From contig VRMN01000002.1 in NCBI GenBank assembly GCA_008690995.1, positions 62,001 through 126,000 on the forward strand: 64,000 bases of DNA, given 5' to 3'. A model generated the notes under the pieces. The model worked only from the letters and a program-made list of their open reading frames with translations. It was not told the origin of the DNA and did not search any database. A program made the position numbers and the translations under genes. Shown piece by piece: positions 54,782-64,000 of this stretch (position 1 is the first letter of the stretch; each line of letters starts with the position of its first letter). The DNA comes from Porphyridium purpureum (Eukaryota).

Positions 54782-56659
54782 TCAGTCGTCCAAAAGCCGC
54801 GCGTCGACAACAGTCGCAAGACCACTCTTGATGGTGGTTTCATTGTCGGGATCGAGCGAAAGTCGCGTACGCGAAGATAGGGATGAGTCGCTCATTTGTC
54901 CGTTCATCTCCTCCAGCGTTTTCATCAGGTCCATGTTCTTCTGTGCGGTACCGCGATCAAGCACCTGCAGCTTCATGCGAATTTGTTCAAGCTGCATGAC
55001 GACTTTCTCGTGCCCGATCGGGATTTCGCACGTCGTATTTGCGAACGCAGACCATTCAATTGGGGTATCCCAAGGCCATTCAATGGTTCTCTGTGCGGGC
55101 ATCGGTGTATCGTGTACACGAATGTATTCCTCTCCGTCGCATTCTACCTCTGCGCTTCGAGACCCGGTATCGGACTGCAACGCGCACGCTACAGTTCTTA
55201 GGATCTCCATGCAGATGATCTCGTAGCGCATCAAGCAACGGATTGCCTCACGTGACAAGCCGTACGGTGATGCCTCAGTGGCTGTGGTCGCGGCATATGC
55301 CTGCAATGGCGTTGGCGCGTGCGCTTGCAATCGTCCGTGGGTCGTACGGCTACGAGGCCAAAAAGGATTGCTTGGTTTCGAAACGCACAAAGCAAGAATT
55401 CCGTGTACAATGACTTTTACAAGCTTCTTCCTCCACTTCATCACAATTTGGTCGTGTGACGAGAACAGGCTTCGCACCTTGTGGAGTTCGAATGCCTTCG
55501 CGATTGCCGGGTACCCGAACACCTGCTTCACCATGTCCACGGCTCCACTCGTTCCGGTACCGGGATCAATCTGAAATGTGTGATGAAACATTTCATGCAT
55601 TGCGCTCCTTGCGCGGCGTACCATGATCTGCAGAACAGCGCGCAAGGTGAACCGCAATTCCCGGAGTACTCCTTTCGCCTTGTCCAAATCGCTGTGCATG
55701 TCCATGAAGTTCTCTGAACTTGAGCACAACGAGGTACCTCCAGCTTTGAGCGCACACAGCAACTCGAACGTTTCGAGCGGAGGGACCACAGAGCTGCCGC
55801 TCTCGGAACCCGCGTCCCAAGTCTTGCGTGCATTCTCGAAGTAGTATGGACTGGTACCAGAGCAGAGGGGCAAGAGTCCGGTACGGAACAAATTGCGCGT
55901 TGACATGTCGCACACCGAACCACGTGACCGACGCAGTTGGCTCGGCCTTGGTTCCATCGCATCAACATTGCCGTGCGGCTCTGTTTCTGTTCGTGTGATA
56001 TCCGCGTGTGCGCCCGATGTGTCGTGCGACGAGCCATCTTGCACATTCCTTGCACCACTCACAGCACTACGCCCAGCATTCGACAGCTCACCGTCAATAT
56101 GCGGGGTACCCCTCTGCATTAGAGCGGATTGTAAGGTCTCCGACGCAAGCGGATCGCCCGGTGCGTTACGAGCGCTTTGTGGTTCCTCTGTTGCGCGTGC
56201 GCGTTCATCCTGCGCTGCTGTATTTGTCCTCGCTGCGGTGTCCGCACTCTCGCAGCTGTCCAGCCTTGATACCAAACCCGTATTACTTTGCGGTACTGCT
56301 ACTACGTCAACTGTCTGTCGACCACCCGCAAGTCGGTTTGATCGCGACGAGCTACTTGTATTCGAGTGCGCATCATCCACCTGTGCAAGTCCGGTACCAG
56401 GATGATCTTTCGCAGTCTGTGATCCCGTTCGCTGGGCAGTACTGCATGCCAGGGCAAGCATACGCTGCCGCGTGGCCTCATACGGCTCGCTCCTCTTCTC
56501 GATCGAGACAGAGGTACTCAAAGACCCGCCGACCTCGCCTCCGGACGTGCGTGCCCTTTTTTTCCGGCCCACCGTACCCGCATCAGCCTCCGCTGCCTTC
56601 GTGGAAGGTTTGCGCGTACGCGTTTTGGAGCCGGGCGTACCCGCGTGTTCCTGTTCCAT
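54782..56659 (-). CDS. Orphan protein: NLS and disordered N-half, helical C-half; probable transposon accessory gene
   Basis: Long ORF (693 aa from 56863; likely ATG 56659); RKKRAR; no family recognised. Confidence 0.7.
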   Translation of the reverse strand: MEQEHAGTPGSKTRTRKPSTKAAEADAGTVGRKKRARTSGGEVGGSLSTSVSIEKRSEPYEATRQRMLALACSTAQRTGSQTAKDHPGTGLAQVDDAHSNTSSSSRSNRLAGGRQTVDVVAVPQSNTGLVSRLDSCESADTAARTNTAAQDERARATEEPQSARNAPGDPLASETLQSALMQRGTPHIDGELSNAGRSAVSGARNVQDGSSHDTSGAHADITRTETEPHGNVDAMEPRPSQLRRSRGSVCDMSTRNLFRTGLLPLCSGTSPYYFENARKTWDAGSESGSSVVPPLETFELLCALKAGGTSLCSSSENFMDMHSDLDKAKGVLRELRFTLRAVLQIMVRRARSAMHEMFHHTFQIDPGTGTSGAVDMVKQVFGYPAIAKAFELHKVRSLFSSHDQIVMKWRKKLVKVIVHGILALCVSKPSNPFWPRSRTTHGRLQAHAPTPLQAYAATTATEASPYGLSREAIRCLMRYEIICMEILRTVACALQSDTGSRSAEVECDGEEYIRVHDTPMPAQRTIEWPWDTPIEWSAFANTTCEIPIGHEKVVMQLEQIRMKLQVLDRGTAQKNMDLMKTLEEMNGQMSDSSLSSRTRLSLDPDNETTIKSGLATVVDARLLDD

Positions 56660-57130
56660 CTGCCCGGACACCGACGCCTGCCTCCTACACCGCCCCTTTC
56701 GTCGACCAACGCGCAACACTTGTCGCTCGACTCTGCGTCGATCCTGGCCTTCGAGCCATGCGCGGCAGAGGCGTATGCCCGTCCAGGTCCCTAGATATGT
56801 AGGAAAACATTCCCTTTTGATACGAAAACATATACAATACACTCGGTTTCTTCTGTACAGCATGTATCAAAACGCACTATGTTTCATATAAAGTACGCAC
56901 GAAACCACACGTGAAACCGAAAAAGAGCCTATGTTCCTGGGAAAAAAAGGCGCGCTCAAAGCAGAAACAGGGGTGTACCCTAGGGCCCCGGTGCCCAGTG
57001 CTTCAAAATATGTAAGCTTTACGCGCACAACTTCGCGTGCGCGCGCGGAGTTGCCTGACTTTGTGTGTGCGCAGAGGTGACAGAGCTCTCGTGCGAGTCG
57101 ATTGGGGAGCTGGAGTAGTTGGGTGCAAGA

Positions 57131-58174
57131 ATGGGCAGCGTTCAAGGAGCGAGAGGCGTGATCCATTCATTGCTGTACAGCGTCGTAGAGCGTCTGGATG
57201 ACTGTGCCGCACGGCTCGACAGGATGCGTGCTACGGTTGGCCGGCATTTAGAGATGCTGGGCGACTCGGACGAGACAGATCACGTACGTGCAGATGAGGA
57301 AGCACTCGCTCAACGTGAAGCACACTCACAGGTACCTGCAGAAGAAGAGTCTGAGAGAACGAGGAGCAACAGCCCTATGCGCAGGCGCAAGTTGCGAAAG
57401 GTCGGGGAAGCAGGTCGCGTACGTGTCGATGGCGGCGAGCGCATGAATCGCGTACGCGTTGAAGAAAGCGAACGTGCGAAGCGTGCAGAAAAGCGCACAC
57501 GCGTCAAAGATGGAAACAGTACGAAGCGCGTACGCGATGATGGCAAAGACCAGTCTGTGAGGCGCGCACGCGATGAAGGAGATGCCCGTCGGCTCGATGC
57601 GCTTAGGAGTGCAATCGAGGCTATAACCAGCGGTGACGCGAAGCACCTAAAAATGTACATCCCTTGCAGGACTCTGGACGTCGTGTGCAAAGCTGAACAG
57701 CAGATTTGGTGGCCTGCAAATGTGGTCGTGGACGAGCGTCAGATTCCTGCGTCTGTTAAACGATTGCGAGAGCAAATTCGCGCACGCGTAGGTGAAGAGG
57801 TTGCATTGGCTGCCGTACGGTACTATCCTGTCACCCGCAGAGAATGGGGCATTGTACGCGTCGTCCCGGAGAAGTTCATTCCTATTGAAGTTTTTAAGCA
57901 GAATGCCTTTGCTGTACAGCGATACCACATTTGGGACAGTATTCCTGCTGCGATGAGCGAAGCCTTCAGTGAAGCATTCCTGAGCACGTGCGAGGAAAGG
58001 GACGATGGATATGCTCTCGCACGAGACGTCATAAGCAGTGCGCGACTACCAGGGGCGTCTGAGGTGCGCCGCAACATTTCTGACCATGCGCATAGCCACG
58101 TGGATTTGGAACATCGTGTACACGATCTTAATACATATCATAGCCAGTTTTCTTCATCATCAAGTGAGCATTAA
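57131..58174 (+). CDS. PWWP-domain protein
   Basis: LDVVCKAEQQIWWPANVV...VRYYP...EWGIV...KFIPI followed by helix EAFSEAF; basic N-terminal region RRRKLRK. Confidence 0.65.
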   Translation: MGSVQGARGVIHSLLYSVVERLDDCAARLDRMRATVGRHLEMLGDSDETDHVRADEEALAQREAHSQVPAEEESERTRSNSPMRRRKLRKVGEAGRVRVDGGERMNRVRVEESERAKRAEKRTRVKDGNSTKRVRDDGKDQSVRRARDEGDARRLDALRSAIEAITSGDAKHLKMYIPCRTLDVVCKAEQQIWWPANVVVDERQIPASVKRLREQIRARVGEEVALAAVRYYPVTRREWGIVRVVPEKFIPIEVFKQNAFAVQRYHIWDSIPAAMSEAFSEAFLSTCEERDDGYALARDVISSARLPGASEVRRNISDHAHSHVDLEHRVHDLNTYHSQFSSSSSEH

Positions 58175-58278
58175 ACGGGTACCCGCGTGGGCACGTTATT
58201 GAGCCGAACATTTCATATCGCTCGGAAGTTTCAGTCATGCGCGTCGGATCTGTGGCGTCTGTGATCAGCGCGTGCGCG

Positions 58279-59175
58279 TCATTCGTCGTCTGCTGTGGAA
58301 GAGATGACAGCTTGTATAAGATCTTCTGGTTCCGAGAGAATACTTGCACTTGCTTGCGTACGCAGAGATGCTCGCAGATGTCGATGCTCAGGTGTCTGTG
58401 GGCTTGACTGTGGCGGTGTCGCAACGAAAATGGTGGGCCCTCTGTCACGGCTATCTCCACCCGGCAACCGGTCAGCTGGTACCAGACGTTGTTGGACAAC
58501 TTCGGATTGAACCAGGTGGTCAACACCGCCGTACTCTTGTAGGCATGTGTGAACAGCATACGCGTCCAACGCGAACACCGGCGGTTCTGCCCAGCGATAC
58601 TTTCTGCGGCCGTACGGCAAGGCTTGTCCACCAGTATCTTTCTCGAACAGCTTGCTGGCCGTCCACTGATGTTGAAGCTGACACCACGCCAGCCACATGC
58701 GCTCGTCCAATTCGGGTACCCGCAACGGTCCATCCTCAGGGTACAACGCGGTCTCGAAGACTGTCACCGAAAGCGCGGCACATTCTAGTGCGAGTTCCCA
58801 GAATTCAAACGCGTATACCAAACGCCTGTACTTAATGTCATCTACCGACGCGATGCTGCCTTCCCCGAATGGCTTATCATTGAGGATTCTTCCATGATAC
58901 TGGGGGTACCCCTGGTAACTGCGATTCGGAGCCTGCAAGCGCGCAATGTCGTACCCTGGTACTTTGTCCAGGATATCCTTGGAGCGCATACGCCACATCT
59001 GTCGCGCGACCGCTCTTGTACAGTCCGAGAATATCGTCCAGTCTCTCTCCGTTAAGCGAAAGAAGTCACGCACCGCTGGTATGGAATAAGCGCGTACGCG
59101 AGGCAGAAACGACCCGACCAAGCCGCGGTCCCATGCCCAATAGTGCGTGGACAACAGAGCCGGATCAACATCCAT
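58279..59175 (-). CDS. Orphan Trp-rich protein (paralog A)
   Basis: Intact ORF; shares motifs with the divergent gene at 59516. Confidence 0.7.
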   Translation of the reverse strand: MDVDPALLSTHYWAWDRGLVGSFLPRVRAYSIPAVRDFFRLTERDWTIFSDCTRAVARQMWRMRSKDILDKVPGYDIARLQAPNRSYQGYPQYHGRILNDKPFGEGSIASVDDIKYRRLVYAFEFWELALECAALSVTVFETALYPEDGPLRVPELDERMWLAWCQLQHQWTASKLFEKDTGGQALPYGRRKYRWAEPPVFALDAYAVHTCLQEYGGVDHLVQSEVVQQRLVPADRLPGGDSRDRGPTIFVATPPQSSPQTPEHRHLRASLRTQASASILSEPEDLIQAVISSTADDE

Positions 59176-59515
59176 TTCGTGCTCCGTCCAATTGGCGTGC
59201 GCCCTTTTCCCCGAAACCCCAATATCCTGCTTCCTGCCCTCTTCCCCGAAACTCCAACAACATGCTTCCAACCCTCCCGTTTCCAAAGCCTCGTCACATG
59301 CGCACGTACGTGTCTGCGCTTTCTGTCACACCCTCGACGGCCGCACCGATTGCTCGCAAGCATTTGAACATCGGCGACACAGACATTGGAGTTCATGCGC
59401 AGAGTATTTACATGTTCAAGCAGAGGCGAGTGCGTGAGTGAAGCATTTCGTGTACGCGAAAGGAATTGCGGTGCACAGGCTGGTACGCGTACGCGACACT
59501 TGACAATCTGACAGG

Positions 59516-60805
59516 ATGGCAGAGCGTGCGCTGGACAGCCCTAGGCGGCGGGATGTATCGGTTGGAGTCGCGCGCCGAGAGCTCATCGACCTGCTGAGCA
59601 AGCAGCGCGGTGTCGGATACGACCGGGAGCTCCAGCGGCTCGCAATGGGTGAGCCGCTCTCGTACGAGGAATAGACCGTTTTGCACCGGGTAACAGCCAT
59701 GCACTTCATCTTCAGTAGGTACAACACGATGCATGGCTCGGATCTTGCATACGCCCAAAAGCTGCAAGTTCAGTACGCTGGTTCCGGGCACCTGCGTACT
59801 CCTGAATTGGGCTGCGGCTGGCCGCACGGCAGACGAGCACGAGGCGCAGTACGCCATTATCCCGAGAAGACCTCGGCGTACTGGATTTGGTCGCTCGCAC
59901 GAGTCTGTGCACGGCGTGCCGTACGGCGAGATTTGCGTTTCCGTGGCGTCGACGTCGACGACGCAGATGCTGCGTCGAATTTCTCGAACGAGTACGACCT
60001 GGAACCAGTCGAAAAGGAGAATATCCTTTGGTACGCGTGGTGCATGTTCAATCACGCGTACGCGTCAAGTCACGCCTTTGAGAAGGTCGATCCAGGTACC
60101 AGGGAGCAGCCATTCTGTGACACACCGTTAGGCTCTCCGTTGCAATTGAGTGCGGTACCGCTTTCGTATTCAACTATGTGGATGCCGCGACTTATTGCAG
60201 ACTATGCCGTACGGCCCACAGATCCCGAATGGATTGTGCTGGTCCTCAACCGGTTCGTCGCACAGGCCGACATCACGAACGTGGTCGAGCCGCAATTGGG
60301 CGACCTGGCCAACCCAACGTACGTCCGTGAACTCCAGAAACAGCCTCTGGACCCAGGCGAAGGATCGTTGAGGCTCGTACGTGCATAGCTGCGCATGGAG
60401 CGTAGCCTGCAGGCGTTTCAAACGCGGGAGGCTGAGGTACCTCTGCATGGGAGCACACACGTGGTGGATCTCTTCGAGCCTCAGGGCCATGAGACGGCGA
60501 TCGGCGAGCAACAGCCAACGGAAGGATGGCCGTCTTTTCAGACGTTCCTGCCGCACGGCTACTTTGATGCTCTGGGCTTGTACAAGGGACCAGAAGACAT
60601 GCGCAACGTGCGCGGCTTCAGCGATACCGCTAATCATCCAAGTGCTCTCTTTCGGACGCGCGACAGATTCGGAGAAGAAGGCAGGATGGCGGCGACAGGT
60701 GCGTATCAGCCGAGCCTCCGCCTCGCGCACGCGCTTTCAGTCAGGAGCACAGGAACGCGTACGCGACAATACACAAGATGTCCCAGACATCGATTACGGG
60801 ACTGA
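59516..60805 (+). pseudogene. Orphan paralog B with two in-frame TAG stops
   Basis: ATG 59516 and ORFs 59681-60388 and 60395-60805 are all one frame, broken by TAG 59672-59674 and TAG 60386-60388. Confidence 0.65.
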
Positions 60806-60983
60806 GTGGGGCGAGATCCCTTGAAAGCGAGCCGCGGCGACTGCGGGGCCTGTCGATGCAGCACGTCGTACGACAGATGGCGAAGGGAGTCCACGCATTC
60901 CACGATTCCGAAGAGCTTCTGAGTTTGGTCATGATGACCAACGGGACCCGAAGATTCGCCGTACGGTAACTACGGGAGTTCCT

Positions 60984-61694
60984 GTGCAGGCACGCGCACA
61001 GCATATGCATGCTTTTCCTCCGCGGACGCCTGGATCCGTGCGGCGCCCAGAAAATGAGGGCGTAGTTGAGGTATCTTCCTGGGGTTACCGGGCATCCGCG
61101 CGTAGGCCGAGGCCCATGTATGATGAACGCGTGCGCGTTTCGCAGGGCACCGAACCGTTTTATCGTCATGTTTTGAGACCCGTACTATCGCCTGGGGTAC
61201 CCCCTCTGTATGGACAGGGCTCAAGGCCGTACGATGAGCCCGTCGAGTGGCCATACGAAAGATGGCCTGCACCAGTGCAGGCCCAAGACTATGCGGTGCC
61301 CTTTGCAAGCACGCGTGCACCGATGTATGCACCTGTTCGTGCACGCGCATTGCATGAAGTACCAGATGAGACTGCGCTTTGGGAAGCATTGCAGCGGCAA
61401 GAGTATGATCCGCATGCACGGACGTACGTCAGATCTCCAGGCACCTGGCATGAAGCAGGTGCTTCTTCGCACATGCCTCCTGGAGGATGGCCCCAACCCG
61501 CACGGGCGCCTGCCGCGTACGAAAGGTCTTTCGGGTACGAAAGGCCTCCTCGCTACGAGAGACCTTGGCCAGCGCAACGTGTACACGAGAATCCGGTTGG
61601 GTACGACAGTTCATCCTTTCCATTGCGCTTTCGTGTACACGATGTTCCCACCGGGTATGAAAGGCAGCATCTGCCCCCCTGCACACGGACTTGA
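60984..61694 (+). CDS. Pro/Tyr/Arg-rich ORF (YERP-like repeats); possibly the C-terminal part of the 59516 gene
   Basis: PYERWP, AYERSF, GYERPP, RYERPW, GYERQ. Confidence 0.45.
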   Translation: MQARAQHMHAFPPRTPGSVRRPENEGVVEVSSWGYRASARRPRPMYDERVRVSQGTEPFYRHVLRPVLSPGVPPLYGQGSRPYDEPVEWPYERWPAPVQAQDYAVPFASTRAPMYAPVRARALHEVPDETALWEALQRQEYDPHARTYVRSPGTWHEAGASSHMPPGGWPQPARAPAAYERSFGYERPPRYERPWPAQRVHENPVGYDSSSFPLRFRVHDVPTGYERQHLPPCTRT

Positions 61695-61939
61695 ACCAGC
61701 CGGATAAACGCACGTGCATGACGCTTCGGGTCATTCGTTTCACGGTAGCGTCTCTGATTTACCATCGGGTCAGCCGACAGACGAACAGATGTACATCAAT
61801 CCAGAGCATGAGCCGGAAGCGTCTGACCCTGCGAGCTGGAGCTTGCACTAGTTGTGAGCTGTACAGCATGTGCTTGCTGTAGACGCTGCTCAGAGATGTT
61901 TGTTGTCGAATAAACGACGTACGTCCTTGTTTCCACACT

Positions 61940-64000
61940 TTACGCCCACAACTCTATACCATCGAATATATCGGGTCGTAGAATGAACCACCACCTAGCA
62001 GGTACCTGTTCATCAACACCTGCACGCCCAATACCACAGCGCGAAGCGCATTGAGATGAAGAAGCATACGCTTCACCTGGATCAAGAGCGGTACCGCTAT
62101 TGTAAGTATCCAGAAAGGCTGTAATCTTGCAACGGAGCTGCGACGCAAGCACAATTTTGACTTCATCGTCTTCACGTACGTGATCAAAAATGCCTCGTAA
62201 GTGTGTACATACTGTCGCGCCACCACGGCTCCGAGGCACACGCTCTACTTTCAAGTGTCGTACGATGGCGATATCCTGTACAGACGGCATACCCTGCACA
62301 GGGTCCCGTGGTAATACTCCTTTCGTCTGGATTGGATGTACATCAACGTCGATTGTCCCAATCAAGACGAGACGGGCATATCGAAGACGCTGACGTACGT
62401 CATCCCAATACTGAATAAAGTCATACCTTTCCTTGCCGTAGTAGTCCCAGTACGCAACAAAGCGCTCACTCTGCATGTTCGCATGGTTGTGCCGCACGGC
62501 GATACGAGGCGTATAGCACACCTTATACTCTTGCTCGTACGAGTTTTGCATTTCATCCGACATCCATGTGCGCCGACCCTTCTGAACGTGATGCGTAAGT
62601 GAGTCCCACACCGTGACTGCTTCTTTCATGGTCGATGTACATCCAACTGACGCTGAGACCGTGTGTGTAGTGCTTGGAAACGAAGGCATCGCCGTCACTT
62701 GAAAAGACCATTCATCTGTCGATCGCGCACGGACACAGGTCCAGGAGTAGACAATCCCTTCCGGCCACGACCCCGTGCATACCACATCTTCCGGTACTGG
62801 AGCTGCTCTAAACTCTAAAGGATGTGTCGGTTCACCGATTCCATGGTCGTGCGACATTGACGGGATGCGCTCTGCCGGATCTAAAAGTAAGCTACTGATG
62901 TCTGCAAGATCGAATCGCTCATGCTGTTCAAGCATGTATCTATGCGGTACCGCCAGATTTACGCCAGCCACTTTTCTGTGCACCCTTTTGCATATGCGCA
63001 TGAGAGACTCGCTTGTACAAGTGTCGTGTAATCGCTTGCGCCCGAACTCCTCCAGATCTTTGCACAGATGCAAGAGCGCATGAAGTTTTGGCGCATCCCA
63101 AACAATTCCCGTCAAGTACTTGAGCTGCTGTATCTTATCCATGAGACTCGATACTAGATCTCTTCCTTCACGTACGTGTGCATCTGTTGGTCGAGCAAGA
63201 GACATCTTCGCGTACACGGATAAGGCTTGACAACACGTGATAAGATACACTGCTTTCCAGGCAGGGCCCATGGTCTTGTAATATCCATCGCAGGCGACAG
63301 CCACAATGACTTGTACAAGTAGTCCTGGCGAGTACTTATTCTCCACCATCTTGGACAACTGCTCGAACGGATTTGGCGTACGTCGGATCGGAATGTATAC
63401 TCCGGAAGAACGTGATAGACGCTCACGATCTTGTACCGTGCTGATTACAACCAAGCACTTGCCCAATGCAGAGTTACGAATGCGTGTAATGTTGTCAGCC
63501 GTTCGGCGTCCACCACTTACCTTTCGGCGTTTCTTTTGTCGTGTGGTACCACCATCATCACCGTCACTCGTTTCCGAGGAGGTGATCTCGTCACTGTCAA
63601 TTTCCATATCTTGCCCGAACCCAGACGCGTCGAGTTGCGCCACGGAAGCTGTTCCGCGTATGCGTCTGTCTTGTGCGTACCGGTCCAGAATGTACAAGGC
63701 TATGTTTGCCAGTTGACGGAGTATTCCAAGCTTGAAGCCATGCATCCAGTCCACACCAACGAGTGCAAAGAGACCGCGTTTATCCCAACGATTGAGGTAC
63801 CTCGCTTTTGCACCTGGAATATGGCGTATATTATATTTTGCACGCTGCCTGGCAGCACCTCCGCCCGACTGCTCAGCTATCGCAAACATGGGCTCTTCTT
63901 CGCGGTACTCAAAGCTCGTGTACGCGTTGAATGCCTCAGATCCAGGAACAAGACATACTTGACAGGGCCGCTCCTGAGTCATACGCGAGTTCAACGTAAC
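61940..64000 (-). CDS. Plavaka/CACTA(CMC)-like DDE transposase, C-terminal part (5' end beyond window)
   Basis: PCQVC, VDWMHGFKLGI, PKLHALLHLCKDLEEFG...TCTSES...K, ERYDFI, RYARLVLI. These match the D.MH...LG / PK.H...H....FG...T...E motif series of this transposase group. Confidence 0.75.
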   Translation of the reverse strand, partial: VTLNSRMTQERPCQVCLVPGSEAFNAYTSFEYREEEPMFAIAEQSGGGAARQRAKYNIRHIPGAKARYLNRWDKRGLFALVGVDWMHGFKLGILRQLANIALYILDRYAQDRRIRGTASVAQLDASGFGQDMEIDSDEITSSETSDGDDGGTTRQKKRRKVSGGRRTADNITRIRNSALGKCLVVISTVQDRERLSRSSGVYIPIRRTPNPFEQLSKMVENKYSPGLLVQVIVAVACDGYYKTMGPAWKAVYLITCCQALSVYAKMSLARPTDAHVREGRDLVSSLMDKIQQLKYLTGIVWDAPKLHALLHLCKDLEEFGRKRLHDTCTSESLMRICKRVHRKVAGVNLAVPHRYMLEQHERFDLADISSLLLDPAERIPSMSHDHGIGEPTHPLEFRAAPVPEDVVCTGSWPEGIVYSWTCVRARSTDEWSFQVTAMPSFPSTTHTVSASVGCTSTMKEAVTVWDSLTHHVQKGRRTWMSDEMQNSYEQEYKVCYTPRIAVRHNHANMQSERFVAYWDYYGKERYDFIQYWDDVRQRLRYARLVLIGTIDVDVHPIQTKGVLPRDPVQGMPSVQDIAIVRHLKVERVPRSRGGATVCTHLRGIFDHVREDDEVKIVLASQLRCKITAFLDTYNSGTALDPGEAYASSSQCASRCGIGRAGVDEQVPARWWFILRPDIFDGIELWA

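Larger units (their letters stand above)
54198..64000 (-). mobile_element. Putative large multi-gene DNA transposon (boundaries undefined)
   Basis: Transposase plus four or five orphan or chromatin genes, GTAC/CGTACG-rich composition unlike host genes, tandem repeat and TA-rich tract at the left. No TIR identified. Confidence 0.5.

Noticed and set aside
2279..60388. Alternative genetic code (stop read as Trp)
   Set aside because: Internal stops are both TGA and TAG, occur only in decaying genes or TEs, and intact genes end normally in TGA (22563, 34885) or TAG (10643, 20991).
54782..61694. TET/JBP dioxygenase cargo as in fungal Plavaka/KDZ elements
   Set aside because: No HxD...H...R beta-helix pattern; the HSD in the 54782 ORF is in a helical-looking context. 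A profile search would be needed to exclude it fully.

Overview
Eukaryotic, GC-rich, essentially intron-less DNA. Plastid- and lumen-targeted proteins with MAAF/AAAFV-type N-termini and two sulfotransferases suggest a unicellular red alga (inference). Bases 1-44 kb hold host genes: a broken carbohydrate sulfotransferase, three paralogous PPR-like helical-repeat proteins, a membrane UDP-glycosyltransferase, MATE, F-box, p24/GOLD, an acidic repeat protein, a peroxisomal SDR, RING, DUF1499, a Gly-rich protein and a TBC Rab-GAP. A young full-length Ty1/copia element (25987-32055, TSD AAGGC) interrupts this region. Bases 44-64 kb are a mobile-DNA zone: a frameshifted leishmanolysin-like gene, a Tc1 element (47041-48584), a full-length Ty3/gypsy element (48737-54192, TSD ATCAT), a 64-bp tandem repeat, and a block of orphan genes plus a PWWP gene beside a Plavaka/CACTA-like transposase cut by the window edge. 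Main leads: (1) the copia element has gag and pol in frame, separated only by UGA-CGG plus a 7-nt spacer and a 12-bp hairpin (programmed readthrough architecture); (2) it has no tRNA PBS, and its PBS position is complementary to its own LTR (possible self-priming copia); (3) a probable large cargo-carrying DNA transposon with a chromatin reader and a head-to-head pair of orphan paralogs; (4) heat-shock elements in both LTR families. All calls are from reading motifs by eye; no searches were run.
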